Part shown: positions 1 through 16,450 of the stretch, one piece after another
Layout: the number at the start of each line of letters is the position of its first letter
Numbering within the stretch: the stretch's first letter is position 1
DNA from: the human T2T-CHM13v2.0 reference genome, Homo sapiens
DNA: 64,000 nt
NCBI RefSeq assembly: GCF_009914755.1
Contig: NC_060931.1
Strand: one strand, 5' to 3'
Notes under the pieces: model-generated
The model's database searches: none
Seen by the model: the letters and a program-made list of their open reading frames with translations, nothing else
Told to the model about the DNA's origin: nothing
Translations under genes and position numbers: made by a program

Positions 1-1050
<1,050 letters not shown>

Positions 1051-1574
1051 ACTTCTTCTCCTTCCCTTATTGCTGGACTAATGTTAGCTCCTTTTAGGTG
1101 GAAACACTGGTTCTTCCTTCATCAAGGAATTTTCCCAGCTTTTTTGTTTATGGCATAAACTTCATGAACTGAGTCCTTACGTTTTTGGATCTGAATAGAC
1201 TCCCAAAAGGGCAGACCCTTGCTATTGAATTCTTTGACTTTCCAGTCTACTGTCACTGGCATAAATTTCAAGCATCTATTTTAGAAATCAAGAGCCACAA
1301 ATCTAACTTTTGTTCTCTGTGACTCACCTGTCCAAGAGTCACTAATGCTCAGCTCCAGAGACTAGTTATAATGGTGGAAGGATCATATGATGAAAATATA
1401 TTATCCCTAATTTAAACTAAATATTGTCTTCTTCTACCTGCCCCTGTATAAGGGAAGTCTGTAATCACAGGGGCTCTAAGAGGGTGAGAGTCAATGGAGC
1501 AGAGTAGCTCTGATGGCAAGTCAGGGAAGGGCAAATGTTGGATTGTCCTTTCAACAACTGATTCCTTTCAAAGA

Positions 1575-2365
1575 AGTTATTCCCAACTCTAAACATGTCA
1601 TCAGAATCCCCTGAGGTTTTTTCATTAATTTCTTATTTAGACTCAGGGGCGCATGCACAGGTTTGTTACATGGGTATATTGCATGATGCTAAGGCTTGGG
1701 CTTCTACTGACCCTGTCACCCAAAGAGAGAACACAGTACCCAGAATGTAATTTTTCAACCCTGACCCCCTCCCTCCCTTCCTGCTTTTGGAGACCTCAGA
1801 GTTTATTGTGCCCATCTTTATGGCCATGTGTACCCAATCTTTAGCTCCAACTTATAAGTGAGAATATGTGATATTTGGTTTTCTGTTTATGTGTTCATTT
1901 ACTTAGGATAATGGCCTCTGGCTGCATCCATGTTGCTGCAAAGGACATGATTTTGTTCTTTCTTTTGGCTGTGTTGTATTCCATGGTATATACATACCAT
2001 ATTTTCTTTATCCAATCCACTGCTGATGGACTCATAGGTTGATTCTGTGACTTTGCTACTGTGAATAGTGCTGCAATGAACATATGAGTGCATGTGTCTT
2101 TTTGGAAAAACAATTTATTTTCCTTTGGGTGCATACTCAGTAATGAGATCACTGGGTCAAATGGTAATTCAATTTTTAATTCGTTGAGAAATCTCCAAAC
2201 TGTTTTCCCTGTAGGTTTTTGGTTTTTGTTTTGTTGTTGTTGCTTTTTAGAAAGACACACTCCCAAGCCCCACTCTGGACCTGTTCAGAGAAGGCATCTA
2301 ATTTTTTAAAAATTTTCAAAATTCACAGTGATGATTTTGATGTATACCTGCTATTAGAAGCTATG
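1575..2365 (+). mobile_element. MER5A-like hAT MITE split by an L1 (pieces about 1575-1620 and 2240-2365)
   Basis: catcagaatcccctgagg before the L1; cccaagccccac and gtgatgattttgatg after it. Confidence 0.5.
1617..2210 (-). mobile_element. L1PA13-16-like 3' end (ORF2 C-terminus plus 3'UTR)
   Basis: ORF 1895-2266(-) has L1 ORF2 C-terminal motifs HMFIAALFT and WIKKIWYVYTMEY; 3'UTR caggtttgttacatgggtatattgcatgatgct. Confidence 0.93.
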
Positions 2366-3522
2366 AGTTGAAAACAGCTGTGGCCTGAAGACCCTTCATA
2401 AAGAGGTTGTCTAGGGGAGGATCTAGAAGTGTCTAGAATCAGGTATGTAATCTGAAGTTGGGATTCACCTATCTCCACTGCTTGTAGCAGAATGCAGAGC
2501 TAACCCCAAGCAGAGGATCAGCAGGCCAAGGGGACACTTAGCAGGAACTGTCAGAGCAAGGGAACAGGTGCCAGCAAAGTCACAAGACCTGAGAGGGTGT
2601 AGAGAACTTGGCAGGTAAAAGAACAAAAAGAGCAGAGATAAGGAATCCAGATAAAGGAGCTGATGATTCTATGTTGACCTTCTGTCCCCCAGTGAAGAAA
2701 ATTCTAATTTTTTTTCCTGCTAAATCAGGAAGCAGTTCCAGGAGATTTTAGTCAACAATTTGCCACCTCTGACAGACGTTGGCATAGGCTGCTGGTGTGC
2801 ATACCTGGTGTGCAGCTGGAAATAAAAGGGGAATAGAGTTAGGACAAGGAAATGGGGAGATGTGCAGCTAAGCTAGATTTGAGTAGATTGACTGGTGGAA
2901 GGAGCCATTTCAGACTACAGGAATTCTGGAGTCAAAAAAACAAAGCAAAAAACGATGCCTTGCTGACAGAACCAAGAACTGCACTTCCCACCGTTTAGCT
3001 GTCCACCAGAGTCAAAACACTCATTCTGGGTACATGTCTTGATGTCTCCTGGATATGAGTGGTATTGCAAATATTTTTAATTTAAAAAGAAGCCCTCCTA
3101 CAAAAACATTAAGGTTAGCAGATAGTACATGCTACACACCGTTCTGATTTTTTAAAAATAAACAAACCACAAAGCTACCTTGAACTGTTAGAAGGGCCTG
3201 CTCTATGTAAGGCAACTAACTTCCTTCTTTTTTTAAGTAACAGGCCACTGAGTGAGGGATCTCTCACCCCAACTCTGGCCAACACGTATCGATTTATCTT
3301 TTATTTTATAAAATGAAATAAACATAACAAAATTTACCATCTTAATTTCTTTAACTGTACAGTTCAGTAGTGTTAAGTGTACACATTGTTATGCAACCAA
3401 TCTCTAGAACGTTTTCATCATGCAAAACTAAAATTCTATACCCATTTGACAACTCTCTAATCCTTCCTCCCCCAGCCCTCAGCAATTACCTACTTTCTGT
3501 CTCTATGAATTTGACTACTTGA

Positions 3523-3855
<333 letters not shown>

Positions 3856-4603
3856 TTAGATACCTCATATAAATGAAATCATACAGTATTTTGGGACTGG
3901 TTTATTGCACTTAGCGTCATGTCCTCAAGGTTTATCTGTAGTGCAGCATATGTCAGAATTTTCTGCCCTTTTAAGGCTGAATAGTATATAATCCATTGTG
4001 TTTTTTTTATCCATTCATCTGTGGATGGACATTTGGGTTGCTTCTGCCTTTTGGCTACTTTGAATAGTGCTGCTACGAACATGGGTGTACAAATATCTTG
4101 TACCTTCAATTTTTTTGGATAAATATCCAGAAGAGGTATTGCTAGACCAGATGGTTATTGATGAAAAGAGTCAGATTCTGTAAAATATTTGAAGAGATTT
4201 ATTCTGAGCCAAACATGAGTGACCCTGGCCTATGACGCAGCTCCAGGAGATCTGAGCATGTGTATCCGAGGTGATTGGGCTACAGCTTGGTTTTACACAT
4301 TTTAAGGAGACATAAGACACCAAGCAATACATGTAAGATGTACATTGGTCTTGTCTGGAAAAGCAGGACAACTCTAAGCAGGTGAGGGGGCTTCCAGGTC
4401 ATACGTGGATTCAAAGATTTTCTGACTGGCAATTGGTTGAAAGATTTTAGTTATTACCTAAAGACCTGGAATCAATAGAAGGAAGTGTCTGGGTTATTAT
4501 AAGAGATCGTGGAGAGCAAGGTTCTTATTATGCAGATGAATCCTCCACGTAGCAGGCTTCAGAGAGAATAGATTTAAAATGTTTCTTATAAGACTTAAAA
4601 AGG

Positions 4604-5603
<1,000 letters not shown>

Positions 5604-6957
5604 AAGACTTTAAAAGGTGCCAGACTCTTAGTTAATTCTCTGCTGGATCAGGGAAAAGACCTGGAAGGGAAGAGGAGAAGGGGATTCTCTAGAGAATGTA
5701 GATTTTCCCCATAAGAGACAGCTTTACAGGGCCATTTCAAAACATGTCAAAGAAACATATCTGGGAGTAAAATACTTCCATTTCTTTCAGGTCCTGCTAT
5801 CCGTCATGTGATGCTATACCAGAGTAAGGTTGGAATTTGGTGTCTTGTTGCTACAGAGTCTGTTTTGTCAGCCTTAAGCTCTCTGTTTTAATGTTAATGT
5901 TGGTCAGTTGTGCCTGAATTCCAAAGGGAGGAGAGCATAATGAGGCATATCTAACCCCCTCTTCCCATTACAGCCTGAGCTAGTTTTTCAGGTTAACTTT
6001 GGAATGCCCCTGGCTGAGAGGAGGGGTCCATACAGTTGGTTGGGGGGGCTTAGAATTTTATTTTTGATTTACATGGTAATTCTATTTTTAATTTTTTGAA
6101 GAACCACCATATTGTTTTCCACAGTGGCTGCATCATTTTAAATTCCAACCAACAGTTCACTTGTCCTAATATGTGTGAGGTGATATCTCATTGTGGCTTT
6201 GAATTGCATTTCTTTGATAATTTGGGATGTTGAGCATTTTTCATATACCTGTTGTCCATTTTTGTGTCTTCTCTAGGAAAATGTCTATTCAGCTTCTTTG
6301 CCCATTTTTTAATCAGGTTATTTGTTTTTTTACTTTTGAGTTGTGTGAGCTCTTGATATTTTTGGATATTAATCCCTTATTATTTGCAATATTTTCTCCC
6401 ATTCCATAGGTTGCATTTTCATCTTGTTGATTAGTTCCTTTGCTGTGCAGAAGCTTTTTAATTTGATGTAGTTCTTCTTGTTTATTTTTGCTTTTGTTGC
6501 CCATGCTTTTGGTGTAATATCTAAAGTATCTTTGCCAAGGACAATATCAAGGAGCTTTTCTCCAATTTCTTTATAGAATTTTTATGATTTCGGGTCTTAC
6601 ATTTAAGTTTTCGATTCATTTTGAGTTGATTTTTGTGCATGGTATAAGATAAATGTCCAGTTTCATTCTTTTGCATGTGGATATCCAGTTTTCTCAACCC
6701 CATTTATTAATGAAACTATGTTTTTTCCATGTGTCTTCTTCATGGCCTTGTTGAAAATTCACTGACCATATATGCTTTTGTTTATGTCTGCTCTGTATTC
6801 TGTTCCACTGGTCTTTGTGTCTGTTTTTAAGCCAGTACCATGTTGTTTTGATGACAATTCTGTAATATAATTTGAAATCAGGAAGTGTGATACCTCCAAT
6901 TTTGTTTTTCTCTCTCCAGCTTTTTCTGGCTATTTGGGGTCTTCTCTGTTTTTATAT

Positions 6958-7352
6958 CGTAAGGCTCTTGTATTGGTTTGAACCCTGAGAGCATGACAAT
7001 GAACAACACAAGGCGGTGTGGAGCAACACACTGTTTTAATGAGCTCCTGGGTGCAGACGGGCTGAGGCCTAAAATGGCGTCAGCACCAAATGAGGACAGA
7101 GCAGGGGTTTTATAGTCTCCTGTAAACAGGAAGCGTCTCAGTCTGATGTAACTGCTACGCGGTACCCCGATGGCCTCTCTCTCAGTCTTCAGGGAGTACA
7201 TGTCTTCCAGCCAGCTCTCTTCCTGCTTCTGCTATCTTGCTGATGGACGCTGCTGGCACAAGTGACCTTGCGCTTTGGGACTGGGCTTGAGAAGGTAGGA
7301 GTTATTCGCCACCCACCCCCTCAAGCTTCTAGGTCCCGGGGAAAGTCTTTCA
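6958..7352 (-). mobile_element. Solo ERV LTR, about 395 bp, subfamily unsure
   Basis: GC-richer block interrupting L1; minus strand begins tgaaagactttccccggg and carries a TATAAAA box and an ATTAAA signal; imperfect 5-bp TSD tatat/tctat. Confidence 0.7.
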
Positions 7353-7974
7353 TCTATATATTTTGGAGTTGGTTTTTCTATTTCTGTGAAAAATGTCCAT
7401 AAGACTTTGTTGAATCATGTTGAAGCTGTATATTGCTTTGGGTAGTAGGCCCATTGTAACAATATCAATTCTTCCAGGCCACAAACACAGTATACTGGGT
7501 TTAACCTCTTTCATCTGTGTTACAGTTTTCAATGTACTGAACTTTTACTTCCTTGGCTAAATTTATTCCTAAGTATTTTATAATTTTTTATGCTATTGTA
7601 AATAGGATTGTGTTCTTGATTTCTTTTTTAAACTAATCATTTTCAAATGGTTATTTTCAGACATGATTTATTTAGACATAGAGTAGCAGCTATTGTTGAA
7701 ATTTTTTTAAGCAGATTTTCAAGCATGGATTATAAAGCCAATTTGGCAGATCCTATATGATCTAGAGCTATGGTTTCCATGCCTCCCCATGGGTAAAATA
7801 AAGAAATGTGTAAATAATTCTGAGCATACAGCTCCAGTGCCAGTGCTGCAACTGCTACTTCAAGGAGCCCCTAGTAACACCTGAAAAACCCTGCTACGTA
7901 TACTTGGTTCATTCATTTTCACCCTCCTACATGATTATTTTACCCTTCTTCATTCGTTGCAAAACTCCATCTCT

Positions 7975-8935
7975 CTCAAAGCTCACCCAGCTGATGACCC
8001 TGCTTTTAATTCACTGAAAAACTAGAGTAATCAAAAGAAGCTCCACTTCCTCCCATGCACACATCTGCCAAGCCACTGGCTCCATGCCCAAATATTCTGC
8101 CCTCCCTCCAGTTACTACAGATGAAGTAATTGTCTGTGTTCTAATAAGCCAACTGCTGCACTAAGTCTTGTCCCCTCTTACCTACTCAATGACATGTTGC
8201 CAGGTGAGTTTCTTCTTAAATTTTCCACCCAAGGTGTCTCACTTGCCTCCCAGGATCCCAGCCCTGCAGTATTGGAACCACCTTAAAAATAGAAGCCGCA
8301 TCTGACCACTTCTCACCATCTCTACTGCTGCTGACCTGGTTTAAGCCAGGACAACTGCTCCTGGGGCCAGTGAACTACCAGCTGGTCTTGCACATCACTG
8401 CCCTCACTGTTGAGTCTTAACACAGTAGAGTTAGTCCGTTTCAATATAAGTCAGATGAGAACAGCTCTTTGCTCCAAATTCTCCCATGACTTCCCCACCA
8501 TTCAAAGCAAAAGCCAAAGTCCTGGCAACGGCCTCAGGGCCCGACAGATCTGTAGGCCAGCTACTTCTCAGACCAACCCCCACAGTGACACTGGCCACTT
8601 CGCTCTTCCTAGAATGTATTAAGTACACCCACAGCAAGACCTTTGCTTTTGCTGCTTCCTCCACCTAAAATGCTCTTCCTCCAGATATCTGTGTGGTTTG
8701 GTCCCTTTCTTTACATCTCTGCTCAAATTCAGTCTGTTGTCAGAGGGGCACTCCCTGACCCTTCCTCATAAAAGAACAGTCCCCCTCATCCTGACCTATT
8801 CTTCTCCCTGATGTTATCACCACCAGATAAACTTTATTCTCTGTCTCTTTCTGCCCATGGTCCACTAATGTATCCATCCCACCTGCTACACAGTAGTCTA
8901 CTGCACCTGGTCCTACCTGCCCAATAAGTGTTTTA
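7975..8935 (+). mobile_element. L2a fragment
   Basis: L2 motifs gctgatgaccctgcttttaattcactgaaaaa and ctttgcttttgctgcttcctccacctaaaatgctcttcctccagatatc. Confidence 0.75.
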
Positions 8936-10604
8936 AATTAAATGCAAATTATTTTCACGCATGCCTATCAATTCGTATATACAATATTAATAAATCTTAT
9001 TTCTTTATTTTTGGATAAAACTGAGTTTTAACATTCCCTTTTCTCCTCACCCCCCCACCACCACCTTATTCTGTTCAGCTTTCTTAAGCCCTGTAAGCAC
9101 CCCTTACACCACCCCCTTTGTCACAGTGGCCCATGAAGAGCCCATAGCACAATTTTCCTGCATGTGCAGAAGTAAAATAAGATGAGAACTGTGGGTTCAT
9201 GACATAACTCTGTTATTTTCACCATCACATCTCAGAAATGGCTTACTGCCTCTATCAAGAAAATACAGATGTTCTCTAGAACCTATTTTTAAACAGCAAA
9301 AACATCTCAACTCCCCCCTCACTGATGACCAATATATTCAAATCTAAATTAAACATTAATGGGAAAATTTTAGTTTTAGGTAAACATATTAATATTTGGT
9401 ATATGATGTGTGTGCAGATAAAGTGTTTCTATTTATGTAAGTGCATACAAATGTTTATCGACCTATCAACCTTACATATATGCTTCCCTTTAAAAAACAA
9501 TAAAGCTTTACAAATGAATACTAACGGTTGTTGACCCAAATACTTTTTAATGTAATCGAGGTGTTGAAAAATGCAAAGCTTTCTTTTAAGGGTGGTTCTC
9601 ATCCTAGGCTAGTGCAACAACTCCCCGGAAGTCAACCAAAGACACTCTTTTTCCCCTGTGGTTTCTTTATGTAGAAATAATGACAGTCCTAGCTACCCAT
9701 CTCCTACCTCTGCTTTTCAACTAGATCATTTTATCTCCCGCTATTAGGCCCCACTGAAGAAAACTCAGGAGCAATGAGGATACTGACTATGTAGGACAAA
9801 GGCACTATGTTCCATGGTGGGGAGGGAATAGTGGTACATGGCCCAGTGGAAGAACAGGCTTTCTCTATTCAGAAAAAAAGAGATGATGCTTATGGTCTTA
9901 CATGGAAGGGACATCATGTGAGATGTAAAGTCAATGGAAATCAAGAGGTTTCCACAGGGGCGGGAGAAGGGGAGATGCTGGCAATAAATAGACAAGAGGG
10001 CAGGGAGAGGAATGTGGCTAATTTCTTTTTCCTGCTTTTATAGTTTTGAAGGGTACAGCCAGCCAGATTTTCCAGCTTAGTCCATTTTCCTTCTAAATAA
10101 AAGGCAGCACTGCGGGATAAGCATGACCAGAGCATAGCCAGAGAGCATGGGATGCTTATAGTGATAATAAAAGAGGGGGTGACTGAGTTGTTTACACTGA
10201 GCAGACAAACTTCACTGGAATTGAATACAGGTGGGCCTCCTGCATTCGATGCACCTGTTGACTTTAATTTGCTTCATCTGTCTGCTGCTTGCCTCCATAC
10301 CTCTACTTCCTAAGTGCCTTTACCCCGCCTGTGTTTGCAACAGTGGTGGGAAGAGGTGTCAGCCGTTCTAATTGTTCTGTTAATAAAAACAAAATGAAGG
10401 CCCCTCTCTGCAATAGACCCATGACTAACCAGGACGCCAGAGAGTGCAGCTGCCTCTTCAAGTCCACTCTCAGCAAGCAGCTACCTCTCCCAAATTCGCC
10501 TTTTCGGGCCTGCTCTCCATGTGACCAAGGAGAGTGGGCTAGAGAAGAAAATCAAGCCAGGGGATCTGAGTCAGTAAATCCCAACTCACCAAACTCTCGC
10601 TCCA

Positions 10605-10801
10605 CAGGATGTGTGTTGGAGCCGGCTCACACAAGCTGGAGAGAGGGCCATTGTGCACATCTCTTCCCTGTTCCAATTGGTGACCCCACGTTGGTCATGT
10701 GGCATCTGTTGTGGTGGGAGTATTTAGAAGTCAGCAAATCTCACAAATCAGCATGCTCATTCTTCTCAGGTAGCCCCTTGTTAAACACCAGCACGTCATT
10801 G
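10605..10801 (+). mobile_element. MER63A-like hAT-Blackjack MITE
   Basis: gtgtgttggagccggctc...ttgtgcacatctcttccc...gtggtgggagtattta...ttgttaaacaccagcac. Confidence 0.75.
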
Positions 10802-11534
10802 CTTTCAACTCTAATATTTAACTGATGCCTTCAAATGTCTAGCTGCTCTAATGGCTATTTCTGACAGCAGGATCCCAAATATTAGATAATGCAGAAAAGC
10901 ATAAAGGATGTAAATCTCTACTATAAGTGTACTGCTTAGAGAGAAACACTGCTGATATTTGTGATGTATATCTTTCCAGACATAAATATGTGTGTGTTTC
11001 TAACCACATCTTCCTAGTGCAATTATTATTTTAATGTTTTTATTTATAAAACAAATAACAGATTTGTTCATGGACACAATTTTCAAACAATATATGTCTG
11101 AAGTAAAAAGTGAAAAACCCAACCCTCATTCCCTCTCACCCTCCCTCTAAACTCCTACTTCCTGGGAGTAGCTTCTGTCCATAGTTTGTGGCATATTCTT
11201 CTAGATCTTCAGATAGCTAGACTCCTTTTTTTTTTTTTTAACTAAAACTAGCATTATATATGCATACTGCCCCACAACTGCTTTCCCACAGAAGGATGAT
11301 TGCAAGCTCCATGTTCCCGTACTTCATTAGGCTGACTCCCCTGCAGCTTCATGGTCAGAAAATAGCCAAAGCTGGGAGCTTTGGGCAAAACACACTTTTA
11401 TTCTAATTGTTCTTTCCTTGATCTCTGTTGTGAACACCAGTATTAACTCAGTTCCATATATTCATCAGGCCCCAACATCCATCTGAGAAGCGCTCTCCTC
11501 TCCAGGCAAACCCGTCATTTTCTTTAGACGAGAA

Positions 11535-11917
<383 letters not shown>

Positions 11918-12671
11918 ATATATGAATAATATATGAATATGCTGTTTATATTATGTATGAAATATATTACATGCAGAATATTATATATTAAACATTACAC
12001 TCCTATGTCCCCATTAGGTATGGTCATTTTTGCCCAGAAGACTTCTAATATACATTTAATATTCAAAATAATGATAAAATTTATAACAGTTATATCATTG
12101 CTTTCATGAGAATTTAGTAATTGAACCTAAATGTACTCAGTACCAAATGGTAGCTCATGGGCATAGTTCTCAAACATAATGTTTCTATGGAACAGTACAA
12201 TCTGCATTTTGACCATTCATTTTATTTTGGTCTCTAAGAACATATTCCAGCAAAAGGTAAGGAATACATATACAAAGTTAGCTTTAGATAGTAAAAGCCT
12301 TTTATAAAATGTTGAATCTCATGATGCCATATTGGGTGTATTGATGTTAGAATACAGTGAACTAGGGGCCAAGAAGGTGGATTCTAAAAGCAGGAGAGCC
12401 ACAGACATTTCAGACCACGAAGACCAAATACAATAATAGCAAAGAAAATTTCCCAATACCTATAATGACTATTGCATATTTTAAATATAAATACAGAAGA
12501 GAGTTTTTCAAATAGCCATTAGAAGCAGTTGCTGTGAATTGCTTAGTCAAGATAATACAAAGTAAAAGACATTTGGTATTTCCTGATTTTTTATTTTGTA
12601 AGGGTGATTCTTTATGCCCAAACTCCCAGAAAGTATTTTAATAATTTAGAAATATATTTTAGAATAAAACT

Positions 12672-13383
12672 AGATACTATCTCATGCCAGTTAGAATGAT
12701 GATCATTAAAAAGTCAGGCAACAACAGACGCTGGAGAGGATGTGGAGAAATAGGAATGCTTTTACACTGTTGGTGGGAGTGTAAATTAGTTCAACCATTG
12801 TGGAAGTCAGTGTGGTGATTCCTCAAGGATATAGAACTAGAAATACCATTTGACCCAGCAATCCCATTACTGGGTACATACTCAAAGGATTATAATTCAT
12901 TCTACTATTAAGACACATACACACATATGTTTATTGCGGCACTCTTCACAATAGCAAAGACTTGGAACCAACCCAAATGCCTATCAGTGATAGACTGGAT
13001 AAAGAAAATGTGGCACATATACACCATGGAATACTATGCAGCCATAAAAAAGGATGAGTTCATGTCCTTTGCAGAGACATGGATGAAGCTGGAAACCATT
13101 ATTCTCAGCAAACTATCACAAGGACAGAAAACCAGACACCACATGTTCTCACTCATAAGAGGGAGCTGAACAATGAGAACACATGGACACAGGGTTGGGA
13201 ACATCACACACCGGGGCCTGTCAGGGGGTGGGGGCTAGGGGTGGGATAGCATTAGGAGAAATAACTAATGTAGATGACGGGTTGATGGGTGCAGCAAACC
13301 ACCATGGCACGTGTATACCTATGTAACAAACCTGCATGCACTGCACATGTATCCCAGAACTTAAAGTATAATAATAATAATAA
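12672..13383 (+). mobile_element. L1PA7/8-like 3' end
   Basis: ORF 12927-13169 is the L1 ORF2 C-terminus; 3'UTR gatagcattaggagaaata...gatgacgggttgatgggtgcagc; (TAA)n tail. Confidence 0.95.
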
Positions 13384-14493
13384 CAACTGAATTACTATAG
13401 ATTATCAGGAAATAACTTATAAATGCAAAAATCAAACAAACATTTTTCAGTTGCCATACAACATGGTGGGCCCACTATTTGAATTATTACTAAAAGGAGA
13501 ATCTACTGACCACAACTCAAGTTACGAAAAGCATGAAAGTTTCATGACTATGTACCATTAATTATTTAGAACTGGAGTTCTCATTTTTTAAATTTGTCAT
13601 GTGATCTCCCACATAGCTGCTATAAAATGAATACTCATCTTTACTGAGCTTATAGACAATTGATTAAAGAGAACAAACAAGTAGGTGATACACTGACAAG
13701 TATTTTAAACTCTATGTATTTTTATTCTTTACTGCTAAAGTCACTGTCAGGTAAGTATGGGAGTGGAGCAACAATCTGATTCTAATAAAGGTGGCTTTAA
13801 TTTAACTCACTGCTCTCTGCCTGAAGCAATCAGAGGCCCATGTAACCTTCTCAACCCAACCCCATATCCCTCCCCTCTCCTCCTTGTCGTCTTTGCTCCC
13901 CTATCCTCTCTCTCCTTTTTGTGATCTTTGCTCCCAGATGCCAGCTGATTTGTCACAGGAAGGCAAACAGCTCCTGATGTAGGAGGTGGGGTTGAGAGCT
14001 AGATTGGAGGGCAATGTTCTGTGTCAGCTGGAGTTGGCAGTCCTCTGCCCAGGCAGGGGAAGGTTTGTGATTGATCCCAATGGACCACCGCACCACAGGC
14101 CTCATCATCTCACTGAAGCTCTGATGGACACACAGTCTTTGGTTGCCCTCAGCCCTGCCAAGGCACAAAATAGCAAACAGGATTTAGGGCCAGGTATTAT
14201 CTCCTAAGAAGATAGAGAAGATGGCTACCTACAGTCATGATGTTAGAGACAAAAGAAAAGCCCCTATAAATGCCAAGACTGGCCACTCTCCATGTTAATC
14301 TGCTTCCAGTCATTAGTCATGACATCCCCAAATAGCAGGGGTTTAAAAACACTTTAATAATAAATGCTGGCCTATGGTCAAAGGGATCAAAGTTCCTTAC
14401 TTTATTTTTCTGGAAAACAAGAACATATTTTCTTCTGTGATCATAAACCAATCATCGTGGGAAGTATGATTCCTCAATAGTAAATGGTCAACT

Positions 14494-15005
14494 TGTCAAG
14501 AACTATAAAGAGTCTGAGATTATATTCTACTTGGCAAATTAACATATTAGCCTATTACTGTTGCATGAATGCTGACAGAAGGCACCAGACTTCTGGCTCA
14601 GAGACAAAGGACTTTATCACCCAGAGCACAGAAAGGAGCAGGAGCTACACGTTCATATTAGTTCCCCTTCCCCCGACACACCCACCAAATTCCACAAAGC
14701 AACTGCATGGATGCTCCACACACATGGACTTACATCACAGCTAAAGAAAACCCAAGTTTAAGGAACCTCAATCATTTATAATGGGCTGCAAGAAAACCTT
14801 CCCAAACTTTGCTCCCAAACAGACATTATCTTTATCATATTGGACAGTAAATAATCTGTCCTCTGCTCCATAGGAAGATGCCATCTTCCAAGGCAGTTCG
14901 TAATGCAAAGGTTCTTAAAAAGATAATCAATACAAAAGCAGTTTGTGCCTCTGTTCACAAAATGTGCAGAAATGTAAGGGACCCTTGAAGAATTGTCTCC
15001 CAACA
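14494..15005 (-). mobile_element. LTR40-like ERVL solo LTR
   Basis: Minus strand starts tgttgggagacaattct; TG...CA ends; 5-bp TSD CAACT at 14489-14493 and 15006-15010. Confidence 0.85.
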
Positions 15006-15019
15006 CAACTCCATCAAGC

Positions 15020-15360
15020 TGCTATGGTTTGTATGTTGTCCCCTTCAAAACTCATATTGAAAATTCATTGCCATTGCAACACTATTAAGATGTGAGGCCT
15101 TTAAGAAGTGATTAGGCCATGAGGGTTCCATCCTCATGAATAGATTAACACCATTATCACAAGAGTAGGTTACAGTTATTGCAAGAGTTCAGCCCCCTTT
15201 GCACACTCACTTGCTCTTCCGCCTTCCACCAGGGGATGATGCAGCATGAAGACCCTCACTAGATGCCAGTGCCATGCTCTTGACTTCTCAATCTCCAGAA
15301 CTATGAGCCAAATAAATTTATTTTCTTTATAAATTACCCAGCAGAAAACAGACTAAGACA
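15020..15360 (+). mobile_element. MST-type MaLR solo LTR (MSTD-like)
   Basis: tgctatggtttg...cagactaagaca; 5-bp TSD CAAGC on both sides. Confidence 0.9.
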
Positions 15361-15443
15361 CAAGCCCTCAGCAAGACCAAAATCTATATTCTCACCATTG
15401 GTATCACTATCTCACATTGAATGGTATAAAGAAAGGCAATGTG

Positions 15444-15750
15444 GGCCGGGTGTGGTAGCTCACACCTTTAATCCCAGCATTTTGGGAGGCTGAGGTGGGA
15501 GGATTACTTGAGCACCGGAGTTCAAGATCAGCTTGAGTAACATAGGGAGACCTTATCCCTACCAAAAAAAATGAAAAAAAAAAATTGCTGGTCATGGTAG
15601 TGTGCCTATGGTCCTAGTTACTCAGGAGGCTGAGGTGGGAGGATCACTTGAGCCTGAGAGATCAAGTCTGCACTGAGCTATGATTGCACCACTGCACTCC
15701 AGTCTGGGTGACAGAGGAAGACCCTATCTTTAAAAAAAAAAAAAAAAAAA
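15444..15750 (+). mobile_element. AluJ-like
   Basis: Alu dimer with ggaggatcacttgagcc in the right arm and a polyA tail. Confidence 0.95.
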
Positions 15751-15787
15751 GTAAAGCTTCTGCATAATTGTTCCTCTTTGCAGTAGG

Positions 15788-16229
15788 TGTTATTGGGGTC
15801 CTACTCAGGTCCTGTTTATCTGGTAAATGCCTGCATTCCCCAGCTGTGTGAATGTTGGCTGTTGGCAACTCACAGCTGTACCCCTAACCTAAGAATAGCC
15901 TTCAGCAGAGCTGTCTTGCCTAGAAATGCCTGTAAGGCGTATGCCTCCCTACCCAACACACACACCCTCCATAGGCAGCACACAGGCAATGACTGACTGA
16001 TGAAGAAGCACAAAAGACCCAAGGAAGGACAATTCTGTGATACCATTCATGCCCCAGAACTCCCGCAGGATCAGGTTGGGGTCAGACTTTAGCGTACACG
16101 CATCTTTGCCCAGCTTCCTCCCCTCCCGTCCCCTGCTCAGCTTACTCCTCTACTGGCTTCTCCTGAACCCACTCCCTTAATGAGTCACTCCATTTCAGGC
16201 TCTCCTACTAGAGAACCTGACCTAAGGCA
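15788..16229 (+). mobile_element. LTR16-like ERVL solo LTR
   Basis: cccagctgtgtgaatgttggctg near the start; ctagagaacctgacctaaggca at the end. Confidence 0.65.
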
Positions 16230-16234
16230 CTTGC

Positions 16235-16450
16235 CTTGAACATTTCCAGAAATAGAGCTGTCTGCCTCACAAGGCATGCCATTCTGTTTTTGGACAGCTC
16301 TGATCATTAGAAAAGTTTTATTATTTTATTAGGATCACACTGCCTCTGTAATCTCCACACATGAGTCTATGTAGAGTAAGTCTAATCCCTTTTCCACATG
16401 ACGGCCTCTCAGATATTGGGGCAGGGGGGATTCCTTCTTAAATCTACTTT
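16235..16450 (-). mobile_element. L3/CR1 fragment
   Basis: ccattctgtttttggacagctctgatcattagaaaagtt and aagtctaatcccttttccacatgac. Confidence 0.6.

Noticed and set aside
10289-10825. Longest ORF in the track (178 aa)
   Set aside because: TTG start, runs through a MER63 MITE, no recognisable homology
12927-13169. L1 ORF2 C-terminal peptide (also at 1895-2266 and 5177-5359)
   Set aside because: 5'-truncated L1 fragments without promoter, endonuclease or RT domains
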